Position numbers and translations under genes: made by a program
Shown here: one piece after another, positions 1 to 9,429 of the stretch
How the letters are laid out: the number at the start of each line of letters is the position of its first letter
How positions within the stretch are numbered: the stretch's first letter is position 1
NCBI GenBank assembly: GCA_944393175.1
Contig: CALXZH010000031.1
Coordinates: 2,117 to 66,116, forward strand
Direction: 5' to 3'
From: an uncultured Alphaproteobacteria bacterium
GTDB lineage: Bacteria > Pseudomonadota > Alphaproteobacteria > RF32 > CAG-239
Length of the DNA: 64,000 nucleotides
Notes under the pieces: generated by a model
What the model saw: the letters and a program-made list of their open reading frames with translations, nothing else
What the model was told of the DNA's origin: nothing
Databases searched by the model: none

Positions 1-735
1 ATGATGGATAAAATAAACGGCTTTTCGCAACAAGTGCGTGATGAATTATGGTCAGTTCCGCCAGAAAAAGAGTGTGATAGAGAGTTTGGAGCTTATTGGT
101 TTTATAAGATGTTTCCTTACAATAAATATAGAGGAATGGGTGGAGCGGAAGAAAAGAATGTTGTTCGCTATGCGCTCAATGTAAAGCCTGGGATTGGTTT
201 GTTTAAAAAGCTCGATGATATTTGCCTGAAATATGATGTGTTTAACTACAAAGTTGCGGCCGAAGATGATTATAACAACCGAAAAGATCCGATTATTATT
301 TATGCTCGCGATAGGCAGCAAAAGGAAATGCGGCAAGATTTGTTAGGACTGGCTAAAAGGTATCGCCGTAAAGATGACTATGAAATGATAGGGTATCAAA
401 ATTTTGGTGATGGGCTGTATGGTGCCGATGAGGTTAAGGCTCAGGATGTGATGGCCTTGCGGATGAAGTTGTTGAAGCCAGATGAAAGGCTGGTTTTTAC
501 GCAACCGCTTGCTGATGAGTGGGAGCAGATGGACAGAGAATATGATTTGAAAGCAAAACTCAGAAAAGAAAAGAGTTTGCGGGGGTTGTTGTATGGGGCT
601 TTGTGCTCTGTGTCGTATGATAATGCGTTATCAAATGGAGAGTTTCAGGTTTATCAAATGACGGTGAATGCTTACCTGCAAGCGGAAAACTCTCATCAGC
701 TTGGGATATGCGCAAAGAATGCTTTTGAGCGCTAA
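1..735 (+). CDS. Hypothetical protein with HopA1-like (effector/phosphothreonine-lyase-like fold) motif pattern; may be 5'-truncated by the window edge
   Basis: 244-aa ORF; VRYALNVKP...NYKVA..DDYNNRKDPIIIY...GDGLYGADE resembles the HopA1-family pattern R-x-Y/L-N...F/Y-K...Y-x-R-x-D-x-x-V/I-L/I-Y...G-L-x-x-A-E/D-E. Confidence 0.5.
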   Translation: MMDKINGFSQQVRDELWSVPPEKECDREFGAYWFYKMFPYNKYRGMGGAEEKNVVRYALNVKPGIGLFKKLDDICLKYDVFNYKVAAEDDYNNRKDPIIIYARDRQQKEMRQDLLGLAKRYRRKDDYEMIGYQNFGDGLYGADEVKAQDVMALRMKLLKPDERLVFTQPLADEWEQMDREYDLKAKLRKEKSLRGLLYGALCSVSYDNALSNGEFQVYQMTVNAYLQAENSHQLGICAKNAFER

Positions 736-750
736 GTGCTATTGAGATAC

Positions 751-784
751 AAAAAAAGAGTGGGCCTTGTGCACACTCTTTTTT
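751..784. terminator. Bidirectional intrinsic terminator
   Basis: A7-GAGTG...CACTC-T6 hairpin between convergent genes. Confidence 0.7.
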
Positions 785-797
785 AGGAATTTAGAAG

Positions 798-1808
798 TTA
801 AGACCATCCCCAGACGGCATCATAGATAGCGCCATAGGTTATGGTTGTTCTTTTTGCTTTGATTCTGCGTCTCATTTTTGAAAATATGAAGTGTTGTTTC
901 AATATTTTCTTTGCCGTAAATCTTTCTCCAAGTGCTTCCAGGTTGTGATAAAGCCAAACTTCCAATGCGTTTTGAGAACGCTTTGTTTTACCGTAGATTA
1001 GCTTATGGTTAATCATTAAGCCTACGGTATATCTTAAAAGGTCGGCATTTATTTGACCTTGTTGTTCTTGGCAAATGGCAATATTTGCAAAAGCCTCAAA
1101 ACAAGTTTGTGCACTGATTCGTTTTTCTTTGTACAGATAATCAACCTGTTTCCATAAATTGTCTGACGCAAATGCCTCATATTCCTTTTCTGTTATTAAG
1201 AAAAGGTAGGGATTAAAGTAGCTGCAAGCTTTTTGTCGCAATTTGTTGGAATCTTTTACTATTACATTCTTATGGTCGGAATGATATAGTAGTTCATAGC
1301 ATTTTTGCGCGCCGTAAAGCATGTCCTCATAGCGCTCATAATGGAACAGAATGTCTGCTTCATCATAATAGGCCAAAGTTTTCCAATCTTGGTTTTTGAC
1401 CAAGATGTCAATATGCTTTGCGTTATAGAGCTCGCAATTATGGCTTCCCCTTGCTTTTTTGCAAAGGCAGATTTCATCGAGAAATAAGCCTTGCTCTATG
1501 AGTAGGTTCTCTTTTCCCAGAGCGACAACCCAGTCGATGTGTCCCGTTTGCGCTAGTAAAATAGCAGCATCTTCTTCAGAGTACTGCGTTTGCAGTGCAG
1601 CGAAGATTTCTGAGCGAGATGTTGAGGTTGTTATTTTGGCTGCCTTCAGCAATTCACTCAAAGCCTCTTTGGAGGGGAGATACTTCATCAAGAGCTTTAA
1701 CGCCTCACCATTGAGGTAGAAATTTTGATTAAAGTTTTTAACAAAATCCTCAGCTGTCTGCTCCAGCAATATCTGCATGGTGGCAGAATCAAATTTTAAT
1801 TCTTTCAT
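798..1808 (-). CDS. Hypothetical protein (helical, short degenerate repeats)
   Basis: 336-aa ORF followed by a terminator; no recognised motif. Confidence 0.7.
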   Translation of the reverse strand: MKELKFDSATMQILLEQTAEDFVKNFNQNFYLNGEALKLLMKYLPSKEALSELLKAAKITTSTSRSEIFAALQTQYSEEDAAILLAQTGHIDWVVALGKENLLIEQGLFLDEICLCKKARGSHNCELYNAKHIDILVKNQDWKTLAYYDEADILFHYERYEDMLYGAQKCYELLYHSDHKNVIVKDSNKLRQKACSYFNPYLFLITEKEYEAFASDNLWKQVDYLYKEKRISAQTCFEAFANIAICQEQQGQINADLLRYTVGLMINHKLIYGKTKRSQNALEVWLYHNLEALGERFTAKKILKQHFIFSKMRRRIKAKRTTITYGAIYDAVWGWS

Positions 1809-1898
1809 AATGATAAAATAATTTAATTGGTTATATGGTAGGGATAATAGCCTATTTTGGAGATTATATAAATAGACAAAATTTGTTTTTTTTGTCTT

Positions 1899-2403
1899 TT
1901 ATGCTAAAGGAGTAGAGGAATTTTTGAGTTTACGCGTGGCGTGGAGTTCTTCAACTAAATTCCAAGTTTGGCCGCCGTCGTGTGTGGCCTCGCAACACCA
2001 ATAAAAAGAGTGTAACTCTATATCTTTAATTGTCCAGCGGAGGCGGAAGTCTTGCGCTGTGTCATCCCAGATGATTATTTTATCTTCAGCGCATTGTGTG
2101 CGGAGGCGGTTGAAATTGTCATCATCGCCGTCATAGGTGTTCCACTCATTGTTTTTTTGATTATACAATCGTTTGGATGTGCGCGGACGAACGCAAATTC
2201 CGCTTTTTTCGGCTTCTGGGCGCGAAGGGCAGATAAAAACATCGATAAATCCCATGATATTGCGGTAGGCGGCTGAAAAGCCATTCTCCTTTGACTTCGT
2301 GGGCTATTTTTCCTTGTGCAAAATTATGCCACGTAAAGTCCCATTCCCCAATGAGGAGGCCGAATAAATTGCTACATTGTGTATTTTGATTCGTTTCGTT
2401 CAT
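1899..2403 (-). pseudogene. Frameshifted gene for a DUF1579-like beta-barrel protein
   Basis: N-part LIGEWDFTW..VKGEWLFSR (2161..2403 frame) continues as IDVFICPSR..RLYN..W..GGQTWNLVEELHATR (1899..2255 frame); one extra base near 2244-2250. Confidence 0.65.
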
Positions 2404-2630
2404 AAGAGCTAAGTTAATGGGGATTATTTAATATTTGGTAAAATAAATATTTCAACGAATAATATAATATATATAAAGTGTACTAATTTTTAGTTATCAC
2501 AATTATAAATTTAGGTTATTTTGTTTTGGCAATTTATAATATATTGTTAATATGCAATATATAAAAATATAAATTTTTAGTTGTTATTGCGCGAATATTT
2601 TTCTAAAACTGATTTAAGGAAACTAAAGTT

Positions 2631-2834
2631 ATGCATAAAGGTATTGTTAAGTGGTTTAACACTAAAAAAGGTTATGGTTTTATTCAATCTGATGCGGCTG
2701 CAAAAGATATTTTTGTTCACGTTACGGCTTTGCAACAATCCGGTATCAGAAAATTGACAGACGGGCAGGAAGTGTCTTTTGATATTTTTGATGATAAAGG
2801 ACGTCCAGCGGCTAATCATATTTCTATTTTGTAA
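2631..2834 (+). CDS. cspA: Cold-shock protein (CspA family)
   Basis: GIVKWFNTKKGYGFI and DIFVHVTAL RNP1/RNP2 motifs; SD AAGGA. Confidence 0.95.
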   Translation: MHKGIVKWFNTKKGYGFIQSDAAAKDIFVHVTALQQSGIRKLTDGQEVSFDIFDDKGRPAANHISIL

Positions 2835-2853
2835 ATTTGCCTAATTTGAGGCT

Positions 2854-2890
2854 AAAAAACTCCGGAGCGTAAAAACTCCGGAGCTTTTTT
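2854..2890. terminator. Intrinsic terminator between convergent genes
   Basis: CTCCGGAG..CTCCGGAG stem flanked by A and T runs. Confidence 0.65.
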
Positions 2891-2903
2891 GTTGGAAACT
2901 TTG

Positions 2904-3776
2904 TTAATGGTTTCCAACAAGGTAGTAGGCAAGGCGCCTACTTTTGATTTGACCATTGAGGTCAAATCGTTCGGATCTCATTAGGAGGTCCGAAATCGCC
3001 GCAAGACGGCGATCAATTCCACACTGCAACTCGTGGATAGTTTCCCTATCCAGTTTGCTAAAGTGGATTTGTCGTGCCTCCGCTAAAGCAGCGACATTTT
3101 TTTGACGATCACCGTCCTTGTCTTTCAACAAGGAGGCAATCTTCCAAGGCACCCCAGCTTCATCAGCTAAGGATTTTACCTTGTTATAGTACTCTCTCTT
3201 GGCCTCTTTTTCGGCCTTGAGGTCGACCTCGCTGTAGCCCCACATGAAAGTGTCAGGGCCGGTGACGCGGAACCAGGCCTCATACGTCTTACCACCTGCG
3301 CTCAGGCGATAATAGTAGGTCTTGTATCCCGTGCCAACCCAGTGGCATACTGAGCGGACAAATCGAGCGCTGTCCCAGCGACCGATGGCTCCAACGAGGC
3401 AACGTGCTTCAGAGGGGCTAAATTGCCGCTCTTTTATCACGTTTTCCATCCATTCCAGATTGCTCTGGAATACGGAAAGCATTTCGTGCTTTCCTTGGAT
3501 GAAATTCATTTCTTCTTCTTTTGTTCCCTCAGGGAACAAAAAGTTGAAGAGCAGAGAGGCTTTGTATGAGCCAAAGTCATCCCACAGGAAGTGGGGATGT
3601 CTTTCTTTTATTTCTTCCGGTTCTGGTTTTTCAACCAGAAGAAATTTGTCTTCCACGGATTGTATCTTCAACCAGAGCTCACTCTGATCGGAAAATACAA
3701 CATGATATATCTTTTGCCATACGGCATTAAATATATCAATTGTCTCAACGCTGCTAATAATTTTTTTTGTTTCCAT
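2904..3776 (-). CDS. Hypothetical protein
   Basis: 290-aa ORF with ATG start, converging on a terminator; no recognised motif. Confidence 0.7.
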   Translation of the reverse strand: METKKIISSVETIDIFNAVWQKIYHVVFSDQSELWLKIQSVEDKFLLVEKPEPEEIKERHPHFLWDDFGSYKASLLFNFLFPEGTKEEEMNFIQGKHEMLSVFQSNLEWMENVIKERQFSPSEARCLVGAIGRWDSARFVRSVCHWVGTGYKTYYYRLSAGGKTYEAWFRVTGPDTFMWGYSEVDLKAEKEAKREYYNKVKSLADEAGVPWKIASLLKDKDGDRQKNVAALAEARQIHFSKLDRETIHELQCGIDRRLAAISDLLMRSERFDLNGQIKSRRLAYYLVGNH

Positions 3777-4256
3777 AAATTGGTATTAGTTTTGCCCAAG
3801 GTCAACAGATGTGCCGTATTGTTGAAAAAATAGCAAGTTAACTCCTTCCAAACAGACCAATGTTGTTAAAAACAAAGGGGCGATTAAAAAGACAACTTCT
3901 ATCGAAGTCTCCGGACTCACAGCTTAAAACGTCCTTAATTAATCGGTGACCGAACATCTTGTTTGGTTGAAAGTTATTAAATGTTATCTCTTCGCAAATA
4001 CTGAATGCAAACCTGTTTTGCTTGAACGAATTTAACAAAAAAATTATTACAGAACAGCATCATTTGCCCAAGAGAGCGGAAATAATACTTTTAAAAATGT
4101 TCCATAATAATTTGTTTTCATAACATCAATATATCATAAATTTACGAGTCGTACAATAGTGTTTTGGACAAATGGCTGTTTTGTCTATTCTTTGAGGCTT
4201 GACAAGTGTATGTGGGGCAGAAATAATATGTTAATTTTAATTGAGGAGTGAAAGAA

Positions 4257-4928
4257 ATGAAATTTACAGCCGTTTGGGGGATGGTACTGGTTTTGGTTAT
4301 GGCTTGCTCTCATATAGATTCACAAAATTCAGAATTGTTGATTGGCGAGTGGGTGCAAGTACTGCCTGCTCATTCAAAAATTGTTCAAGGTTTTCAATTA
4401 ATGAAAAATGGAAAAGCGGTTTCTATTAATATGGCAACTTTGCAATATGAGACTTGGAAATTACAGGATAATAAATTGGTTCTTCAGGGAAAGAGTATCG
4501 GCAATCACCAAGTTATTGATTTTACAGATGCGTGGAAAATTGTTGAATTGTCCTCCTCCTCTTTGATACTTGAGAGGGCGGATAAATATCAGCTACAGTA
4601 TGTTAAACAGAATGAATCAGAAGTGAAAAATGTTGAGGGAATTGTGAGAATAGGGCATGAAGTGCGCTCTTTTCAAGATAATAGAGATTGTAAAGAATAT
4701 TGGTTGGTCGATAAGTCTGGAAAATTGGTGAGGAAATATAAAAATATTATTGGAACAGAGGATGTTCATTATCAACCTGTGTTTGCTCGTTTGAAAGTAA
4801 AAAATATAGGCAAAATGAGTGAGGGGTTTGGTGCTGAATATGACGGCGCTTATGAAGTGATAGAAATTGAGGATTTGTCAAAGGATTCATTTAACAGCCA
4901 AAGTTCTTGTTTTGATAAATTAAGGTAA
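4257..4928 (+). CDS. Lipoprotein, lipocalin-like domain plus C-terminal GHEVRSF domain
   Basis: SD GAGGAG; lipobox LVMAC; LIGEWVQ..QGFQL..GKAVSINMATLQYETW..LQGKSIGN motif typical of Bacteroidetes-type lipocalin-like proteins. Confidence 0.75.
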   Translation: MKFTAVWGMVLVLVMACSHIDSQNSELLIGEWVQVLPAHSKIVQGFQLMKNGKAVSINMATLQYETWKLQDNKLVLQGKSIGNHQVIDFTDAWKIVELSSSSLILERADKYQLQYVKQNESEVKNVEGIVRIGHEVRSFQDNRDCKEYWLVDKSGKLVRKYKNIIGTEDVHYQPVFARLKVKNIGKMSEGFGAEYDGAYEVIEIEDLSKDSFNSQSSCFDKLR

Positions 4929-5471
4929 AATGATTTCTAACTTGGGGTTATCTATATCTTGTTTGATGATGAGGTTGTAGTTATTCTCTAATTTTAAGAC
5001 GACTGCTACGAGATATAAGTTATCTTCAGATAATAGCGGATAAATATTTTTAATCTTATTCCCTAATATATCTTTATATAAATATGATATATCCATATAC
5101 GTGTTTTTTAATTCCGATATGTTTTTTATCGATAAATTTTGAATTTCAATACAAGGAGAAATATCTTTGCTGTTTAGTCCTATTTCGTAGAAATAATAAG
5201 CTGCAAAATCGATAGATAAAAAATTTTCGCCAATTTTGAAAATAAAAGCCTGTTCCCAATTATATAGATCTCTGTTTTGAGGCTGCAAAAAATCATTTTC
5301 ATTAAAGTCTGATACACTTAAATCAAACTTTGAGTTGAAAATAGCGGTTAGCTTTTGCTCAACCAATAAAGGTTTTATGCTCTTTATTATAAACTCAGCA
5401 CCAGTAGCCGGAAATTTACTTTTAGGCTTTTGCCCTTGAACATAAGCCGTTTGGATTGAAATCTTTTGCAT
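4920..5471 (-). CDS. Hypothetical protein, very AT-rich (frame stays open up to 5570)
   Basis: Long ORF; ATG at 5471 follows a GAAAGGG purine tract. Confidence 0.6.
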   Translation of the reverse strand: MQKISIQTAYVQGQKPKSKFPATGAEFIIKSIKPLLVEQKLTAIFNSKFDLSVSDFNENDFLQPQNRDLYNWEQAFIFKIGENFLSIDFAAYYFYEIGLNSKDISPCIEIQNLSIKNISELKNTYMDISYLYKDILGNKIKNIYPLLSEDNLYLVAVVLKLENNYNLIIKQDIDNPKLEIILP

Positions 5472-5484
5472 AAAAACCCTTTCA

Positions 5485-5588
5485 AAAAATAAAGTGGCTT
5501 TGGATGGACGGTGTTTCTCATCATCGGCACATGAATACGTCATGCTTCGCAGCTCACCGATTTTCTGCATTTCAAAGCCACTCTTTTT
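5485..5588. repeat. About 100-bp imperfect palindromic element
   Basis: Arms AAAGTGGCTTTGGATG / CATTTCAAAGCCACTCTTT with inner CGGTG/CACCG and CATGA/TCATG stems. Confidence 0.65.
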
Positions 5589-5721
5589 ATATAAGATTTG
5601 CCCTTATATAAAAACATATCAGGTTGACAAATAACCTTAATGATATGTTATTTATGAATGACACAACTATTCATAAATGTCAATAAGTGAAACTGTGGGA
5701 TTATCGTGGGTTTGTATGAGG

Positions 5722-5958
5722 GCAAAAACAAAAAACCGCCCTTACGGACGGCTTTTTCTTTTTGGTTGCTTTGGATAGGATTTGTCTGCGACATTGCGTT
5801 CGCAATGCTTATTCCTTCGCGTTCATTCGCGGAGCTTGGCTCCGCTCACCGGCGTTCTTCGCCCGCCTTTCACTTGGCGTGAACCTACTTTTCGTAGTTT
5901 CAAATCAGCCGCGCCATGCAAAAACAAAAAACCGCCCTTACGGACGGCTTTTTCTTTT

Positions 5959-5965
<7 letters not shown>
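5722..5965 (-). repeat. tRNA-fMet-linked repeat: 48-bp direct repeat (5722-5769 and 5918-5965) of tRNA 3' end plus terminator, with structured spacer
   Basis: GCAAAAACAAAAAACCGCCCTTACGGACGGCTTTTTCTTTTTGGTTGC occurs twice, 196 bp apart. Confidence 0.9.
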
Positions 5966-6035
<70 letters not shown>

Positions 6036-6290
6036 ATAAAATATCGCAAAACTGTGCGTATAATTACCCCTTTTTTCTTTTATTGTCAATACTCAAATTG
6101 TATTTTTTACTTAAAAGGCAAAACTTATTACAAGGGCAAAGATAAAAACTATAAGGGTGATGATGTGCCAGGGTTTCATTGCTTATCCTTTCGTTTAATT
6201 AAATAACATGAGTGATATGATTAATAAGACTAAAACAGTGCTTAAGATGATTTTGTGCGGTGTGGTGAAATTCATGTCCTTTTCTCTTTC

Positions 6291-6794
6291 TTAAAAATAG
6301 GGATTATATGCCCACTGCAAAAGTGCTTGTCTTTGACGCATGCGGCAAGACATATCATATAAATGACAATTCTTTAAGATTTGTGCCTTATGACGGCGGA
6401 AGGCTTTCCAACGTTTGATTTGGAGTTGGTCAAGTTCCGGTATTCTTCGGCCTTGGTAGTAACGACAATACCACTGAAACCATCCTCTGGGGTCGGGGCC
6501 ATATATCCAGCCGCGTTTTTGCCACTCTTGCAAAGATAAACGGGATTTGAGGTGAAATAAGTTTAATTTGCTATCAGCTTGCAGAGGTGAAAGTCTGGCT
6601 TTCTCAAACCAAAAAGACGGAAATTCATCTTGGCAGTCATTGAGGTATTTCCCTTCAAAAACGCCGAAACTTAACATCTCATAAGGGGTTAGTTCAGGTT
6701 GGAATGTGTCTGCAAATTCTTTTCCCGGTTTGCAAACTAATTCATAGCTGTAACCTTGTTGCATCTTATCATTGACGGTAATGAATTTTCTCAT
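6291..6794 (-). CDS. Conserved hypothetical protein (DPRGWFQWYCRY family)
   Basis: SD AAGGAG; ELTP.EML..GVFEGKY, DPRGWFQWYCRY..GRR, QI.RW.AF.RH and RQRQALLQWAY motifs. Confidence 0.85.
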   Translation of the reverse strand: MRKFITVNDKMQQGYSYELVCKPGKEFADTFQPELTPYEMLSFGVFEGKYLNDCQDEFPSFWFEKARLSPLQADSKLNLFHLKSRLSLQEWQKRGWIYGPDPRGWFQWYCRYYQGRRIPELDQLQIKRWKAFRRHKAQILKNCHLYDMSCRMRQRQALLQWAYNPYF

Positions 6795-6902
6795 ATTCGG
6801 CTCCTTGGCTTTATATATATTCTTCTGTATTGTTTTCAAGAGCACAAAAAAAACCGCACTTTCTGTGCGGCTTTTTTTACAAGGAGAAAGAATTTTATTT
6901 AA

Positions 6903-7466
6903 TTACTTCATTTCTTCTTCGGGCATAACCGGAGCTACAGGTTGTGCCGGCGTAGAATCAATGGTGTAAGATATAGTTTCGGTTTTGGTTTCTGTTTGAG
7001 TCGGAGTTGTCACAACTTCTACCGGAGCACTGGCTTGTGTGGTCGTTGTGGTTACAACGGTTTTTGTTGTCATAGGTTGAGTTGTGATTTGCTCTTTTTC
7101 ATAAGAAACATTGGTTACTGTTTTGGGTTCATAAACAGTGGTCTTAGTTGTCTTTTTGTATACAATTTCGACCGGCTCTTTTACAATTTCTACTTTAGGT
7201 GCACAGTTGTTGCAAGGTTGAGCGACCTGAGCGCAAGTATTGCAAGGTTGGACTACCGGTTTGGGTTGTTCTACTTGGCAAGGTTTAACAATCGGTTTTG
7301 GCTCTTCATAGACTCTTACTTGTTTCGGTGCGCGTCTTTTTACTTGGCATCTGCCGGTGCAATTGTAACTGCTATAGTCTGCAGGGGTATTACTGCGGTA
7401 TATCGGGCCAGAATAGCAGGAGGATAAAAACATTATTGTTGCTAATGCAAATATCTGTTTTTTCAT
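6903..7466 (-). CDS. Cys- and Thr/Pro-rich lipoprotein
   Basis: Lipobox LSSC; QPCNTCA/QPCNNCA repeats; Thr-rich C-terminal part; followed by terminator at about 6846-6879. Confidence 0.8.
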   Translation of the reverse strand: MKKQIFALATIMFLSSCYSGPIYRSNTPADYSSYNCTGRCQVKRRAPKQVRVYEEPKPIVKPCQVEQPKPVVQPCNTCAQVAQPCNNCAPKVEIVKEPVEIVYKKTTKTTVYEPKTVTNVSYEKEQITTQPMTTKTVVTTTTTQASAPVEVVTTPTQTETKTETISYTIDSTPAQPVAPVMPEEEMK

Positions 7467-7493
7467 ATTTTTTCTCTTTTAAAATGAAGGTTA

Positions 7494-7509
7494 TTAACAA
7501 AATGTTAAC
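7494..7509. promoter_or_regulatory. Possible CtrA box (TTAA-N7-TTAAC)
   Basis: TTAACAAAATGTTAAC lies 27 bp upstream of the lipoprotein start; the AT-rich background makes a chance match plausible. Confidence 0.35.
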
Positions 7510-7652
7510 GCTAATATAGCCGATATTTTTTTATTTGTCAATTTTTGTTTAGTAAAAAATGCAATTTTTTTATTTTTTAAAATTTTTATTCTTTTTGCAA
7601 AAAAATACTTGTTAAATTTATTTTTTGTGTTAAACATAGGCAAGTTAGATAA

Positions 7653-7729
7653 CGGAGTGTAGTTCAGCCTGGTAGAACGCTACGTTCGGGACGTAGAGGT
7701 CGCTGGTTCGAGTCCAGTCACTCCGACCA
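7653..7729 (+). tRNA. tRNA-Pro (CGG)
   Basis: CGGAGTG acceptor stem, CTACG-TTCGGGA-CGTAG anticodon arm, GGTTCGAGTCC T arm, CCA end. Confidence 0.97.
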
Positions 7730-7907
7730 ATCGCACAAAGGCTGCGTTAAGTATTGAGGACATTCAATTATGGATGTCCTTTTTTTTTGTTGTTTATATA
7801 ACTACAGCAGGCAATAAGAGTTATACTTTAGAAAGCGAATTCAAATTGACAATGCGACCCACCTGACATATCCTACTTTCACGTTTGAAATAATTAAGGA
7901 CTGTCAA

Positions 7908-8483
7908 ATGCTGGATTTAGGAAATAAAAAGTTAGAGCGTTTTTCTTTGCCTGAAAAAATTGTCGGCGAAAAAGTTATTCTAGTGCCAAGAACGCATGAA
8001 TTTGATGAGGTTTTATGGCAGCTTATTGATTCTTCAAGAGAATTTTTGCGAGAATATTTGTTTTGGGTTGATGATACGAAATCTTTGCAAGATGTGAAAG
8101 ATGTTACCTCAATCTTTATGGAAAATTGGCAAAAACAAAATTCTTTTGAATATGTGTTCTTAGAGAAAAACTCTCGTCGGTTGGTCGGCGCAGGGGGAAT
8201 TCATACGGTTTCTTATTTGCACCATTGGGCGGAATATGGCTATTATTTGAGCAAAGATGAAGTCGGACACGGATATATTACCGAGGCAGTCCAATTGCTC
8301 GAAAAAGAACTGTTTAAAAAAGGAATTCACCGTTTGGTGATTACTTGTGATGTGAATAACCTTGCCTCTGCCGCAGTGGCCAAAAGATGCGGTTTTGAAT
8401 TGGAAGGAAAACTCCGTGAGGCGCGTTTTGCATACGGACAATATCGCGATGAACTCTTGTTTGCAAAAATAAATAAGGCATAA
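7908..8483 (+). CDS. GNAT family N-acetyltransferase (RimJ/RimL type)
   Basis: EYGYYL..GHGYITEAV..N.ASAAVAKRCGFELEGKLR. Confidence 0.9.
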   Translation: MLDLGNKKLERFSLPEKIVGEKVILVPRTHEFDEVLWQLIDSSREFLREYLFWVDDTKSLQDVKDVTSIFMENWQKQNSFEYVFLEKNSRRLVGAGGIHTVSYLHHWAEYGYYLSKDEVGHGYITEAVQLLEKELFKKGIHRLVITCDVNNLASAAVAKRCGFELEGKLREARFAYGQYRDELLFAKINKA

Positions 8484-8487
8484 GTTT

Positions 8488-8691
8488 ATGGATAATTTGG
8501 AAGAAAGATTGATTGAAATTGAAACAGCCTTGGCTAACCAAGAACGAATCGTGGAAGATTTGAATTCGGTGGTGATTGCTCAAGGAAAAATAATTGACCG
8601 TCTTATAAAACAAAATCAATATTTAATGAGTGTGGTGGATCAAGACAGTGTTAAGCCCTTGAGTGAAGAAACGCCGCCGCCACATTATTAG
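8488..8691 (+). CDS. slyX: SlyX family protein
   Basis: LEERLIEIET.LA.QE..VEDLN...ETPPPHY C-terminus. Confidence 0.9.
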   Translation: MDNLEERLIEIETALANQERIVEDLNSVVIAQGKIIDRLIKQNQYLMSVVDQDSVKPLSEETPPPHY

Positions 8692-8755
8692 GTGAGTGAT
8701 AAGGCTTGCAATCAAAAGGTTTGACATTATATAAGACTGTGGAGGTAGAAATTTG

Positions 8756-9424
8756 ATGAATCCTGATGCTTTATATAAATTAACGCACGGACTGTATATT
8801 TTGGGTGCGCAAGATAACGGGCGTATGGTCGGCAGTGTGGTTGACGCCGTGATGCAAGTGGCAAATAAACCATGGATGATTGCACTTTCTTGCAATAATA
8901 ACAGTTATACCAAAAGATGTATTGAAGTTTCAAAAGAGTTTTCACTTTCCGTGTTGGGCAAAAGTGTTGAACCGTGGATTATTGCTGATTTTGGTTTCCA
9001 AAGCAGTAAAATGGTTGATAAATGGGAAATTACCAAATATAAAGTTAAAGACAATTTGCCTTATTTGGAAGGAAATTTGGCCTCACTTAAATGCAAAGTG
9101 GTACAATGTGTAGCTTATGAGAGCAATACGCTGTTTTTGGCCGAGGTGATAGATTGTGAGGACGGGGTGGATGATGAACCCTTGACTTATCAAGATTATC
9201 GCGCTTATTTTAAGAAAGATGTTATCGAAAGTTTTAATCATCTTAAATCTAATGAAAAGGAGAAAAATACCATGACAGATGAGAAGAAAAAAGAAGACGG
9301 TAAACATTGGGTTTGCACCGTTTGCGGATATGTCTATGACGGTGAAACACCGTTTGAAGATTTACCCGAAGATTGGGTTTGCCCGTTGTGCGGCGTTGAT
9401 AAGAGCCATTTTGTTTATGAATAG
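8756..9424 (+). CDS. Flavin reductase-rubredoxin fusion (high-molecular-weight rubredoxin)
   Basis: [12 protein letters not shown] flavin-reductase-like N-domain; C-terminal [22 protein letters not shown] rubredoxin. Confidence 0.9.
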   Translation: MNPDALYKLTHGLYILGAQDNGRMVGSVVDAVMQVANKPWMIALSCNNNSYTKRCIEVSKEFSLSVLGKSVEPWIIADFGFQSSKMVDKWEITKYKVKDNLPYLEGNLASLKCKVVQCVAYESNTLFLAEVIDCEDGVDDEPLTYQDYRAYFKKDVIESFNHLKSNEKEKNTMTDEKKKEDGKHWVCTVCGYVYDGETPFEDLPEDWVCPLCGVDKSHFVYE

Positions 9425-9429
9425 GTCTT

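Noticed and set aside
2241-2256. Programmed ribosomal frameshift
   Set aside because: No canonical slippery heptamer or stimulatory structure at the junction
3838-4038. 66-aa ORF or leader RNA upstream of 2904..3776
   Set aside because: TTG start, no RBS, no recognisable motif or riboswitch consensus
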